A stretch of DNA of 64,000 nt, from positions 57,350,001-57,414,000 of the forward strand of contig NC_043008.1 of NCBI RefSeq assembly GCF_006345805.1, read 5' to 3'. The position numbers and the translations under genes are program-made. The stretch is from Octopus sinensis (Eukaryota). Under the pieces are notes generated by a model. The model ran no database searches. It had not been told where the DNA came from and worked only from the letters and a program-made list of their open reading frames with translations. Position 1 is the stretch's first letter, and each line of letters starts with the position of its first letter. Positions 37,346-50,218 of the stretch are shown here, piece after piece.

Positions 37346-38137
37346 AAGAAGATATTTATATCACCACCTACCATCAACCATTTTCAAACCTATTTTCTGT
37401 TACCATAAGATATGTATCTATTCCAAAACTTTGGCCAACTTTCCTTAGCATGTTACCGTTACTTCAAGAACAAACAAGGTTCCTTGACCAGCTACAAATA
37501 GCAGCTGACTATCGCTCAGTCACATCTGTCTTTAAAAAATGTAATGTCACATACATGGGAGTTCAATATTCAAAGATCGGCTACCCTTCAAATGTAGGAT
37601 TGAAAATGAAAGTAAATAAAGTCAGGAATATAGAAAAAAAAAAAAAACTTGGCTATCAGGAATATTTGAATCAAATAAAGTAATTAATCTTCACTAAATT
37701 TACAAATAAATATTTTTGTTTATTTCGTTTTGGGATTTGGTTTGCAAGATTCTTTATGTGAGTTCGTGTGTTGAAGCATATTCTGTTGTATCTGGGGAGA
37801 GTCATTTTCTTTTTGTGCCTTATTATTTAACACACTCACCAGTAAAATTTCCACTTTTTTGTTTACTTTTCAGGAATTTTCAGTTGACAATTATGTTTAT
37901 ATGTTGTTGTTTTTTTTTATAAGAAATGATTTGTTTTCTGAAATGTTTAGTCAGTGCCCTCATGAGAAAAAACTTCATGTTAAAAAGATGGACTTCTCCA
38001 CTTGCTGACTAGTGAAAGCAAATTGTATATAAACTCTTTTCAGACAAACTGGAACCATTTAAAGGGAGATACTTCCATCACATGCAGAAGAAGTTTTCAC
38101 TTAAAAATATTTAGTTTCAGAGTTATTTTCACAATCT

Positions 38138-38240
38138 TATTTCTTTATTGCCCACAAGGGGCTAAACATAGAGGGGACAAACAAGGACAGACAAAGGGAT
38201 TAAGTCGATTACATCAACCCCAGTGTGCAACTGGTACTGG
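38138..38240 (-). mobile_element. SINE family B 3' fragment
   Basis: ttatttctttattgcccacaagg...aactggtact. Confidence 0.85.
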
Positions 38241-39183
38241 TGGTTCAAACTGAACTGACTGCAACACCCCAGGTACCTTGGCTGTGAGTCACCTTAACCA
38301 ACCAGGAGGGTACAGGTTGTAATGCAGACAATAACACAGAATGTAACAGCAAAGCAATATCCAGGAGTCATGACCTGGATGCAACCCAGCCCCTTAAAGG
38401 GCTGAAACACTTGCAGCAGGGTGAATGAGGATGCTTCTTCCCTTAAGACCTTCTGCTGTGTGCCTCTTCATAGAATTTATTACTACCTGGCTGTTTGAGA
38501 TACAGTAAAAAAAAAAATCTTCTCATGGCTTCATTTTAGTAACTTAGAAGTTACCCCCCTTGTCATGTAATCTTGTTAGCTTTCACTTGAACCAGCGTTT
38601 TCCAGATTGGGTTCAGCAAACCTCAGGAATTCAAGAAAACTATACCAAGATTCTGGGAAACAGAGTATCTCTTAATAACATTTAATAAAAGTTATATTTT
38701 AAAAACATGGTATTCACTTATTTTCAAAATTATGATAAATTTTTATTAGATGTTTTATATAAATGTCATTTATACATAAATCCTCTATAAAATAAATTTT
38801 ATTTCATATTTTAAAAATTTATTAAAACTAAAATAGCAGGGATATTGTCTTTCAAATACAGCATTTTATGGCATACAAGATGACAGGTGTATAGTATAAA
38901 CATGTAGCATAAGCATTTAAGCGTTGTCACTATCTTTCCAAATCCTGTTGAATTTCACATGAAATTTTTGGTCCTCCAAAGTCGTTTTGGTATATAAGTC
39001 AACTTCACATTTTTGGCTGTAAATTTGAGTTTTGAAAATTCGACATTTATGCTGGAAAATACGATATTAGTATGAACTTAGAGATTTTTTTTTATTAATT
39101 GTCTAAGGATTCTGTGACAAATTAAGTTTTGGAACTTCCTGCCAAAGCCACTTTGCACAATATGAAATCCAAGAAAACTGATT

Positions 39184-39573
39184 CTTACTCTTTTACTTGT
39201 TTCAGTCACGTGACTGTGGCCATGCTGGAGCACCACCTTTAGTCAAGCAAATCTACCTCAGGACTTATTCTATGTAAGCCTAGTACTTATTCTATCAGTT
39301 TCTTTTGCCGAACTGCTATGTTACGGGGAATTAAACACACCAGCATAGGTTGTCATGCAATGTTGGGAAGACAAACACAGACACACAAACACACATATAC
39401 ATATATATACAACGGGCTTCTTTCAGTTTCCGCCTACCAAATCCACTCATAAGGATTTGGTCAGCCCGAGGCTATAGTAGAAAACACTTGCCCAAGGTGC
39501 CACGCAATGGGACTGAACCCGGAACCATGTGGTTCATAAGCAAGCTACTTACCACACAGCCACTCCTACACCT
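39184..39573 (-). mobile_element. SINE family A
   Basis: Full reverse-complement copy. Confidence 0.92.
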
Positions 39574-40404
39574 ATGGCAAAAAAAAAATTAATCCTTATT
39601 TGGTTAAGAAGCTCTCTTTACAACCATAAAATAGCATGAGATCAGTTAACATATCCTATATATATGTTATATATATATATAGTTGACATATCCTATATAT
39701 ATCATCATCATTTTCATATCTACTATTACATAGTTGCATGGAAAAGCGAGTCACATGAGACATGGCTCATCATCAGCTGGGCTGCACTACTAAAAAAATA
39801 GAAGGTGATTTTTCATTAGACATGCCTTTCAAAAAGTCCCGCACACTACATGTGGCCTACAGGTGGTATGTTGTCCATGACTGGGCTAGAACCTTCACAA
39901 GGTATTTCTAACAGACCATACGATTTACTGAGTATGTGTTCAGCGCATAAAATAAATTGGCTGTGTGGTAAGTGGCTTGTTTACGAACCACATGGTGCCG
40001 GGTACAGTCCCACTGCGTGGCATCTTGGGCAAGTGTCTTCTACTATAGCCTCGGGTCGACCAAAGCCTTGTGAGTGGATTTGGTAGACGGAAACTGAAAG
40101 AAGCCTATTGTATATATGTAAGTAGGAGATCAGTTAACAATTGACTTTAGGGTTCCACTGTATCTTAGAACAATGCACATTGTTGTCAGAATACCTGAGA
40201 ACAAGACATTTCTATGTCGGTGAAGGTATGTGAGATGCACATCTTGCATCTCACCACGACAGTAAATAATTCAGCAGTGGAGAAGCTGTAGATAGGTTTG
40301 AGTTTGTTTTGTATCAAGGACATTGTTCTATGGCTCAAACTAAAATACTTTCAGGCTTTGTTCACTTATCTATGGACAAATATCAGAAAGAACACTGGGA
40401 CTAT

Positions 40405-40824
40405 TACTCTTTACTTGTTTCAGTCATTTGACTGCGGCCATGCTGGAGCACCGTCTTTTAGTCAAGCAAATTGGCCCCAGGACTTATTCTTTGTAGGCCT
40501 AGTACTTATTCTATCGGTCTCTTTTGCTGAAAAGCTATGTTACGAAGATGTAAACACACCAGCATCGGTTGTCAAGCAATGTTGTGGAGACAAACAGACA
40601 CACAAACATATACACACACTTACATACATATATATATATGTTTATATATACACATATATACGATAGGCTTCTTTCAGTTTCCGACTACCGAATCCACTCA
40701 CAAGGCTTTGGTCAGCCCGAGGTTATAGTAGAAGCCACTTGCCCAAGGTACATCGCAGTGGGACTGAGCCCGGAACCATGTGGTTGGTAAGCAAGCTACT
40801 TACCATACAGCCACTCCTACGCCT
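40405..40824 (-). mobile_element. SINE family A
   Basis: Full reverse-complement copy. Confidence 0.92.
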
Positions 40825-41020
40825 ACTTACATATATATGATGGGCTTCTTTCAGTTTCTGTCTACCAAATCCACTCACAAGGCTTTGGTTGACCCGAGGC
40901 TATAGTAGAAGACACTTGCCCAAGTGACTGAACCCGCCACCATGTGGTTCGTAAGCAAGCTACTTACCACACAGCCAATTTATTTTATGCGCTGAACACA
41001 TACTCAGTAAATCGTATGGT

Positions 41021-43190
41021 TCCAATCTGCTTCCTTCGATTGGAAGAGAGCAGATTGGAACCTGTACCACACTGAACTACAGCACCCAAACTGGCGTGAA
41101 TTCTACAACTCTGGAGATGTGAATACTATACTCCAGAGTATCCTGGACTCAATATGGGCAGCATGTGCAGCATCAGTGCCACGTAAACAAAAAAAGAAGA
41201 ACCGCCCCAAAAGGGCAATTTGGGAAACTTCAGCGGTCCGACTTGCCAGGAGGGAACGTCGGACTGCTGAACGGGAATACAGGTTGCATAAATCAGACAC
41301 CAAAGGAAGAAGCGGAATAAATCCTCCAACCATCTCAAGCAAGTGACAAAAAAAGCAGTGCTTGAATTTGAACAGTGCATAGCAGCCAATCCTGACAGCA
41401 AGGTTTTCTGGAAATATGTGCACTCAAAGCAGAGACCTCACTCTCCAGTGGGCCCTCTTCGCAACCCTCACACAAACCAGATCACTGACGACCCCAAGGA
41501 ATGCGCAGAACTCATTGCCGAGTGCTATGCAAACATATTCACTGTTGAAAGTCAAAATGTACCATCTTCACCATCACTAACAGCAAACTCCATAACAACT
41601 ATGGAATTTACACCTGCAATGCTGCGACGTTCACCTTCAAAATAAGCGCAACTATGCCTCCCCTGGTCTCGATGGAGTTACATACCTGCTTCTCAAACGT
41701 GGCAGGCACTTCCTTTTACACCAGCTTTCTATTTTCTTCCAGTACTGTCTCAACAATGGTGCTACTCCGGAGCAGTGGGGAAAACTGCCAGTGTCATTCC
41801 TCTGTTCAAAAAGGGCGACCGCACATCACCTGTCAACTATCGCCCAGTCAGTCTCACTAGCTGTATTGCAAAACTGATGGAATCGTGTGTCAGAGAACAC
41901 TCTGGAACTTCTGGAGCTCTCACAGTCTCATCCGACCCTCACAATATGGATTTGTCCCTAACTCCAGCTGCAGTGACCAGCTTGTCGAGTTCCTTGAGGA
42001 CATTACTCAGATTACTGACAGTGGCTCATGGGTGGATGTTGTCTACCTTGACTTTGCTAAGGCTTTCAACTCTGTGCCACACAAAAGGCTTATGGTGAAA
42101 CTCTCTGCAATGGGTGTGGGGGATGACCTTTTTAACTGGTTGAAATCCTTCATCCTCAGCCGAAAGGAGGAGTAGTCACAGTTCTAGGACAGCACTCTAC
42201 ACCATATGAGATGTCATCGGGTGTACCACAGGGATCTGTCCTTGGTCCCCTCTTGTTTGTGGCATACATTAACGACATAGATGCCAATTTAAAGAATGCC
42301 ACAGTATTGAAATATGCAGACGACATCAAGCTGTACCTTGAAATCAAGAGGACAGATCCTGATGTCTACAACTCTTTCCTGCAATCAGACCTAGACACAA
42401 TGCAGCAATGGATCACAGACTGGCAACTGAAACTGGCTGTGGACAAGTGTACCACCATGCATTTTGGGAGAAAAAACCCTGCGTTCACATACTCCCTCCA
42501 CAACACTGATATCAAGAAATCCTCTTGCGAGCGTGACCTAGGCATCACTGTCAGCAGTGATTTGCGTTGGTCAAAGCATATCTCTAAGATTGTCAGGAAG
42601 GCCGAGGGGTGTGCTTGGCATCACTCAGCAGGTCTTTTGTTAGCCGCTCTCCAGCCATCTATTTAAAACTGTATACAGCTATGGTACGACCACACTTGGA
42701 ATTCGCATCATCATTGGAACCCCTATCTTGCACAGAACATTGACCTCCTGGAATCTGTCCAGAGACGTGCAACCAAACGCATACCCTCCATCAGACACCT
42801 ACCATATTCTGAGCGCCTTGTTTCCCTGGGCATGGATTCACTGAAGCTCCGGCGTTTGGCGACGGACTTGGTAAACACCCCAAAGTTATCAACCACCTCA
42901 CCAACAACAACACTGAACACCTTTTTGATCTCCATGTGTCTAACACACGTGGACATGCCTACAAAGTCAGAAAACAATACAGCTCCTATGACTTTCGGAA
43001 ACATTTTTTCACGCTCAGAGTTGCTGAAGCATGGAATAAACTGCCTGCGTCAGTTGTTGACTGCCATGACACTGCATCTTTTAAGGCCCTCATGCTTTCC
43101 GAAATCCGCCGAAACTACACCTGATTATATATACACTTTAGATGAGTTGTAGTGCACCTGAGCACTGTACACAATTATTATTATTATTAT
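41021..43190 (+). mobile_element. CR1-clade LINE, 5'-truncated, frameshifted ORF2 (reverse transcriptase)
   Basis: YRPVSLTSCIAKLME, QYGF, YLDFAKAFNSVPH, GVPQGSVLGPLLF, YADD, ERDLGI, HFFTLRVAEAWNKLP; (ATT)n tail at 43173-43190. Confidence 0.95.
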
Positions 43191-43489
43191 TTAAATACCT
43201 TGTGAAGGTTCTAGCCCAGTCATGGACAACATACCACCTGTAGGCCACATGTAGCCTGCAGGACTTTCTAAAAGGCATGTCTAATGAAAAATCACCTTCT
43301 ATTTTTTAAGTAGTGCAGCCTAGCTGATGATGAGCCACGTCTCATGTGACTCACTTCTCCATGCAAGTATGTAATAGTAGAAGTGAAAATGGTGATGATA
43401 TATACAGGATATGTCAGCTTTTTGTTAAAACTGTCCTAGGTGAAAGTTTGTCTCGGCAACAATTATAGAGTAAAACTTTGAATAAATTT

Positions 43490-43815
43490 ATAGCCGTGAC
43501 TGTGAGCTAAGAAGTTTGCTTCCCAACCACATGATTCCGGGTTCAGTCCCACTACATGGCTCATTGGGCAAGTGTCCTCTACAATAGCCCCAGGTTGACC
43601 TAAGCCTTGTGACTGGATTTGGTTGGCGGAAAAAAAATCGTCACGTGTGTGTGTGTATTTTCCCAACATCTCCTAACAACCGTTTTAGCTTGTTTTCGTC
43701 ACTGTAACTAGCAGTTCGACAAAAATGAAACCATAGAATAAGTACCAGACTTATACTACAAAACCTTTCCAGACGGTGCCCCAGCTCAGCCGCACACCAG
43801 TGGCTGAAACAAGAG
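43490..43815 (+). mobile_element. SINE family A, diverged
   Basis: gtgactgtgagctaagaag...gggttcagtcccact...gatagaataagtacc-like body. Confidence 0.75.
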
Positions 43816-44369
43816 ATACGAGAATATACCATGAATTGAAGTGTAATTTGACAGTTTCACTTTGACCTTTCGTCAGAAAAACGCGTTGTTTTCTTTCTCT
43901 CTGACGAAAGGTTATTCAGTCGAGAAATGTCAAATTTCTTCTCTCCCAACGGACTAAAAACTCATTTTATTTTAAACATGTCATTACGACCCGTTCAGAT
44001 CAAACCATCCCCTCTTCTCACACTTTAGTAAGTTGTATCTTCATTATTCTCTATGCCAGTAGTTTCGTTTTTAGAACCTCCTATTGCGAATCATTGTTGT
44101 TAGTTACTGATATTTAACCCTAGGTCTGCAGTAATTGTATGAATACAACGTATTTTGAAATATTCCTCGAATCATACGTGAATGACGCCGTTTTAATGAA
44201 AGGACAGACACATTCGATGATATAGTCCTGGATAAGCTGAATAAAATCTGAAATCTTGTTACATTTCATCCAACTACGCGAAGGGCAAATAAATGACCAT
44301 GGAAAAATCTGGTTGTTGTTTAACCCCGAGTCACCCCTTAAACGAATTGGAAAACCTACGATCAAATGC

Positions 44370-44630
44370 TCACCAGTCATGACTACGTCTATACTCATTC
44401 AGTCTTGACTACGTCTATCTACATCTTTGCATTCAATGTGGTCTTCCGTTTTTTTTTTTAAGACGTATGTGTAAGTCGTGGGAAATGTGTCAGCTATTTC
44501 TAGGAAGTCCCACATCCACGTAAAGGCTAACGCGTTGGCCGCAGTGCTGATCACGTGACCACTATACCGTAGTTGTCTCCCCCTTCGATTTACTGCTGAT
44601 TTGTCTCGCAAGCAAAACACATGGTAAATA
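44370..44630. promoter_or_regulatory. Candidate (bidirectional) promoter / first-exon region
   Basis: Non-repeat CpG-enriched patch; TCACGTGA at 44551-44558; ETS-like cggaag on minus at 44443-44448; outward-facing donors ATG|gtaaat (+, 44624) and ACTG|gtgagc (-, 44373). No transcript evidence. Confidence 0.4.
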
Positions 44631-45127
44631 TTGATAAATATATATCTCTCTCTCTCTCTCAATTGAACATCCATAAATCTATAAATATTTATACGTAAAA
44701 ATGTAAATAAACAAACTCGAGAACTCGAAACTAAGGAAACAGGAAAAATGTTAATAAATTAAACTTTTGTTTTCACTGACTGAAATATTCTACACAAATG
44801 TCAGATTTGGTCTTCTGGTATGTTTAATTTTCATATATTTTTTACTTATCTGCATATTTGGTAATTATTTGTTATTGATTTAATTTACTAATCCATGCTA
44901 GAAACACTTTGATTTACTGTAACTAATTGTTTTCTATTAGGTAGAAGTGAACCAAACAAGAAAAAAATGTTATATTTTGTGCTTATTGCGAGATCTTATG
45001 TGATGCGGAAAATATGATATATATATATATAATAACAAAGGGTAAAATTAATTAATTAAGAAGTAATCAATAATTTCACCAAATAGAATTCGGCATGAAA
45101 AAGAACCATTTCACGGTAAACTTAAGT

Positions 45128-45344
45128 AATACTTAATAATTAGGGTTCAGCAAAGATTTGCTTTACCACATACCGAAGTTTAGAAATAGCAGCCAAAAAA
45201 CCTTTGCTATTTCTTCTACTTTAAAAAGGGACTCCCAGAAAAAAAACCAAAGTAGAAGAAATAGCTAAGGTTTTTTTGGCTGCTATTTCTAAACTTCGGT
45301 ATGTGGTAAAGCAAATCTTTGCTGAACCCTAATTATTAAGTATT
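45128..45344. repeat. ~215-bp foldback palindrome
   Basis: taatacttaataattagggttcagc...tagaaatagcagccaaa is mirrored by tttggctgctatttcta...gctgaaccctaattattaagtatta. Confidence 0.88.
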
Positions 45345-46589
45345 ATATATGAATGAATGTGTATGTGCCTATATATGTCTGAAACAGCATTCATCCAAAG
45401 ACAATTTCAGCTATGAGAAACGATAGTAGATAAAACAAGAAAGTAATAAAATTTAACGCGGACAATATTTAAAATTTGTTATGCAAATGTTTACTTCGGT
45501 TTGTCTAGAAATATCGACAGTTCTATATTTTATCCCACACCTTTCATAAGTTCGTTATTTTAACATCTGTCTAAAGTTTATTTTACAATTATGAAACCGC
45601 GACAGACATCGTTATTTACATCTGTGAATTAAAAAAGATACAGAGATGCTGAACAGTTTCTGAGATTTATTTCTGATTCGCAACACTTAGAACGTTTTTC
45701 TCCTTTTTTTTTTTTACAAATTTTCGTTTTTCACCAAACCGATTCCACATTTTACACCTTCACTTCTGGTTGTCAACTGCATAATTTGTATATATCACTA
45801 ATAGCGGCCACATGTATACGTTGGTGACACGCCGCTCTGTTCTAAGTCTTTGGACATCCTTATACAATAAGGGTTGGAAATTATCTAGTATGTACTAAAT
45901 ACTGGAGTTTCTTTGGGTCTGTATGTTTTAAACATCATAGATTACAAATATACTTTTGAATATTTTTTTTTTCATTTCAGATTTATTATTTTAAACAACT
46001 GAGATTATGATTCTTTGAAGTTATGCATGCTTAATATAAATAAATTTAAAAAATCAAAACTGAAAATTACGGAAAGGAATGGGAACGAATATTCGGCAGA
46101 GGTAAAGAATACACACACCACCCTAACCCTAAACACTGTGTGTGCATATTCTTTACTTTCCCTGAAAATACCCCCACCTTGCTTTTTGTAGATTTGTATG
46201 TACAATACTGAAAAACACAGTTCTGGAGAAAGAAAAAGAAAAATTACGGTATTTTGGCGTACTAAATAATTTCAAATTGTACAGGAATTTCTGTTTCCGT
46301 TTTGTGATTATTTAAGAATTTAAAAAAAAAAGAGTTTGCATTCAATTAGTAGATATATACCACTTGGTGAGAGGTATTTTGCGGAAAGACAAAAGGAAGT
46401 CTTGTCTGCTATTTCTAGTAGATGAGCGATCGCAAGAAATCTGATATATTCGATCAGCTGAATTACCTGCTCCTGGATTAACGTGTTAGGGAGGATTTCA
46501 GACACGTGTACTTTTAATCGCGGAATCAATATAAATACAATTTGCCTTGCCACATACTTTTAAAAATTACAATTTGTTAATCCATCCAA

Positions 46590-46748
46590 CGGGGTTCCGT
46601 CCAGTTTCTGTTGCTCAATTTCATTTACAAAGTATGAATCAACTCGCGGCAGTAAAACATGAAATTTATCCTAGAGATCCGACGTAAGGATCGAGCCTGG
46701 GGCGTCGAGGTTGCCAAGCGAACGTCTTAACCATTCGGCCACGCTGCG
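46590..46748 (-). mobile_element. Old tRNA-derived SINE head
   Basis: Minus strand gtggccgaatggttaagacg...ggctcgatcc (A and B boxes). Confidence 0.6.
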
Positions 46749-47665
46749 AACTTGTTAACTTACTGTAGATGGGCGTTAAGGGAAAGAAAAGGATTAACAG
46801 AGGAAGTGTCAAAAAAATTAATCTAGCGATTTCGGTGTGGACTAGCTCTGAATGTTAATCAAAACAAAACTCCAGGTATTTATTTACTTATCTCTTTAAC
46901 GTTCTGAGTTTAAATCCAGTTGAGTGGGTAGAAAGTCGATGTAACTAACTACAGTCTCCTCTAAAATTTATCAAACTGTTTGAGATACATACACACACAC
47001 ATATATATATATATAGGTAAATTTTTACCAAAAAAGAAAAAATTTATCTTACAGATCATCAACATATATTGCGAATGAAAGGTATCAGTCAAGTCTAACT
47101 GGGTATATATATATATATGTGTGTGTATAATGTACGTGTCTGAGAGAAGAGAAAGTCAGAATTTTAATGAAGAATCCCATAAGCACTTAAAAATTTTGAA
47201 GATAAATATTACTATTTATTTACAGTTTTATCTTGAAAGAACAAATGAAAAAAAAAATGAAGAAAAAAAGCATTTAGTTTCGAATCGTGAGATCGCCCCA
47301 AAGGGTTAATTTATGAGGTCGACCTGGTCTTACATAATATGTGATTGATTTAATTTTAAACTTATTAATGACATAATTTTCATCGTAACATCTGTAATCA
47401 ACTCATGATATATATAAGTGAATTTAAATCGAATTATTCTCAAGACTTAAGTGTCCTTCCTGCCAACCGATATGTGTGGACGTGGAAAAGAAATTATCTT
47501 GTACTCGAAACACTTTAAGAAGTATATTTTAAAGTTCATATTTTAACAGTACCTTCATTCATTTTATTAATATTTTTTGTACCACTTCGTTGGATGCATA
47601 CAGTAAGAATTCCAACATTTTTCTATTATTTTGTTTATTCCAATGATCAATATTTTTGTTTGTTT

Positions 47666-47945
47666 TAAGGCGGCGACCACGCCGGTCAAAAGATGCTTGG
47701 CAGTATTTTTGTCCACCTTTACGTTCTAAATTCAAATTCCGCCGAGGTGGACTTTGCCTTTCGTCCTGTACCTAAGGCGAAGGTATAGAATACGCACACC
47801 ACTCGTTTTCGGAGGTTAGCGCTACGCCAAAAACGGATGGTGTGCGTATTCTTTACCTCCGCCCTAGTTGAGCGATGGGGGGTCGATATAATTGACCTTC
47901 GCCTTCTCCTGAAGTTACTGACCTTGTGCCAAAATTTGAAGTCAG
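47666..47945 (+). mobile_element. SINE family B interrupted by a ~95-bp palindromic MITE (47772-47867)
   Basis: MITE arms ggcgaaggtatagaatacgcacacca / tggtgtgcgtattctttacctccgcc; related copy at about 46086-46165. Confidence 0.75.
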
Positions 47946-48215
47946 TACCATTGTTTGTTTTAGTATATATCTTAATTTTCATATAGAGGGAGAAGAAAAA
48001 GAGAGAGAGAGATAATTACTTTCATATGGTGCTCTTTGTCAAGATGTTTGGATAAATTGTTGACTAAATACTTTTTATGAAGGTTTATGAGCCAAACGAG
48101 GAAGCCTTTAAGTGGTTGCGCAAACTGCCAGAAACAGCAGCCACGTTCTTTTGAAAACACTGCCTTCCGTCTTGAATAAGATGACACATTAGGTAATGTG
48201 TGTGTGTGTATATAT

Positions 48216-48257
<42 letters not shown>

Positions 48258-48353
48258 AACGAAATACGTGAAATTATTTATAAATATATATATATATGTA
48301 TATATATATATGTATATGTATATATATATGTATATATATATATACATACATAT

Positions 48354-48398
<45 letters not shown>

Positions 48399-48575
48399 TA
48401 CATATGCGGGAAATTCTGTCTGTTGGTGTGTTTGTGGAGTTGTTAGCTAACTCTTCCTACATTGTTTTATCGATTTTAATGAAACTTGACATATGAGTAG
48501 AACTCATGTCTGGAAAACCTCATGGCATACTCAGATTGTTGAAAAATCGATAATAGGGCCCCTGGAAGGGATCCT

Positions 48576-48607
<32 letters not shown>

Positions 48608-48909
48608 TTCATTTCAACAGCCAAGGGAAATTAACCCATTCCTTTTCCTAAATCATTTGGTATAATCAAATTGAGTATGAAGAATAACTGTTTAAACTCA
48701 ATGTCTTTGCAACTTTCTCTTTTCAGGATGGTAGATTACTCAGTCAAATTTTGGATTATGGTAAAACAGGAATATCATTAGGCCTTATATCTATTTGTAA
48801 GTAAAACAATAATTGTCTCTTTACCCTTGTAATTGCATTTCTTTTTTCTTTTTTTCCACACATTATTACTTTCTTACCATTCAAAACAAAAGTGCTTAAT
48901 TTTTTTAAA

Positions 48910-49311
48910 GGCATAGGAGTGACTGTGGTAAGAAGCTTGCTTACCAACCATATGGTCCCGGGTTCAGTCCCACTGTGTGGCACCTTGGGCAAATGTCTTC
49001 TACTATAGCTTCGGGTCGACCAAAGCTTTGCGAGTGGATTTGGTAGATGGAAACTGAAAGAAGCCTGTCGTATATATGTATATATATGTGTGTGTGTATA
49101 TGTTTGTGTGTCTGTGTTTGTCCCCCCAACATCGCTTGACAACCAATGCTCATGTGTTTACGTCCCTGTAACTTAGTGGTTCGGCAAAAGTGACCGATAG
49201 AATAAGTACTAGGCTTACTAAGAATAAGTGCTGGGGTCGATTTACTTGACTAAAGGCTGTGCTGCAGCATGGCCACAGTCAAATGACTGAAACAAGTAAA
49301 AGAGTAAAGAG
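48910..49311 (+). mobile_element. SINE family A, full length
   Basis: Complete copy. Confidence 0.93.
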
Positions 49312-49676
49312 AGACCTTATCATCATCATCCCTTTTTTCTATGTTTGCATGGAACAGATGGAGTTTATTGAGGCAGATATTCTACAGCCAGATGCCCTTT
49401 CTGATGTTAACCCTCATCTGTTTCCAAGCAAAGTAACATTTCCCCATGGCCAGACATGTAACAATATTGGAAACAAAGGACACTGCTTGCATAACAGTGA
49501 CACTCATTTACAATTATCATATAATGTCAGGGTAAGGAGACAGTATTACATGGGCACACACACATAAGACTAATCCATCATATACATACTCGAGAAGACC
49601 TATCCATCACAGCTGAATTGAACCAGCGCTGGTGCTACATAAAAAAGCATTGTTGCTCGTGCCACATTAAAAGTAG

Positions 49677-50218
49677 GGATCTTTACCTTTTGACCTACAG
49701 ATTTAAAAAATAATTTTTTGTAACAAAACACTTTCAAACTTCGGATACTGGTAGAATGTGTCATCTTTTAGCATTTTTGAGAAAGCTTATATTTACAAAG
49801 TTATTTCATGTTAAAGTTGTCGTATTTCAGTAATTTCAACCAATCAGTGACGTGTGTATTTAGCTGAATAAAATTACTATTATTTATGACAACCCTAACC
49901 CTAACACCTTAAAGCTAAAACCAGTACAAACACACGAACGATGTCATAAATAACAGTAACAAACGAAAAATACACCGCCGATAGTCATTGTTGACAAACA
50001 ATGGCAGTCATTTTATTCAGCTGAATACACATTGATTGGTTGAAATTACCAAAATATTACAACTTTAACGTGAAATAACTTCCTAAATATAAGCTTTTCT
50101 CGAAAACGCTAAGAGTAAAAGATGTTTTATATGACACATTCTACCAGTGTCCGAAGTTTGAAAGTGTTTAGTTACAAAAAATTATTTTTAAAATCTGTCG
50201 GTCAAAAGGTAAAGATCC
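49677..50218. mobile_element. MITE with ~85-bp TIRs and 8-bp TSD (GG termini; Merlin- or MULE-like)
   Basis: ggatctttaccttttgacc / ggtcaaaaggtaaagatcc; TSD aaaagtag at 49669-49676 and 50219-50226; same TIR family as 33912-34957. Confidence 0.85.

Larger units (their letters stand above)
39652..43419. repeat. Local inverted duplication; right arm split by a CR1 LINE
   Basis: 39682-40126 is the reverse complement of 40822-41020 plus 43191-43419, roughly 90% identical by eye. Confidence 0.85.

Noticed and set aside
41119-43152. Active LINE / intact reverse transcriptase
   Set aside because: 5'-truncated with multiple frameshifts and a stop; some may be sequencing errors, but the endonuclease and ORF1 are absent.
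1-44370. GBA2 as the divergent neighbour of RGP1 (human arrangement)
   Set aside because: No GBA2-like peptide was recognised in the ORF track or in the minus-strand segments I translated.
13875-46748. tRNA genes
   Set aside because: All A/B-box motifs are SINE heads lacking a complete cloverleaf with acceptor stem.
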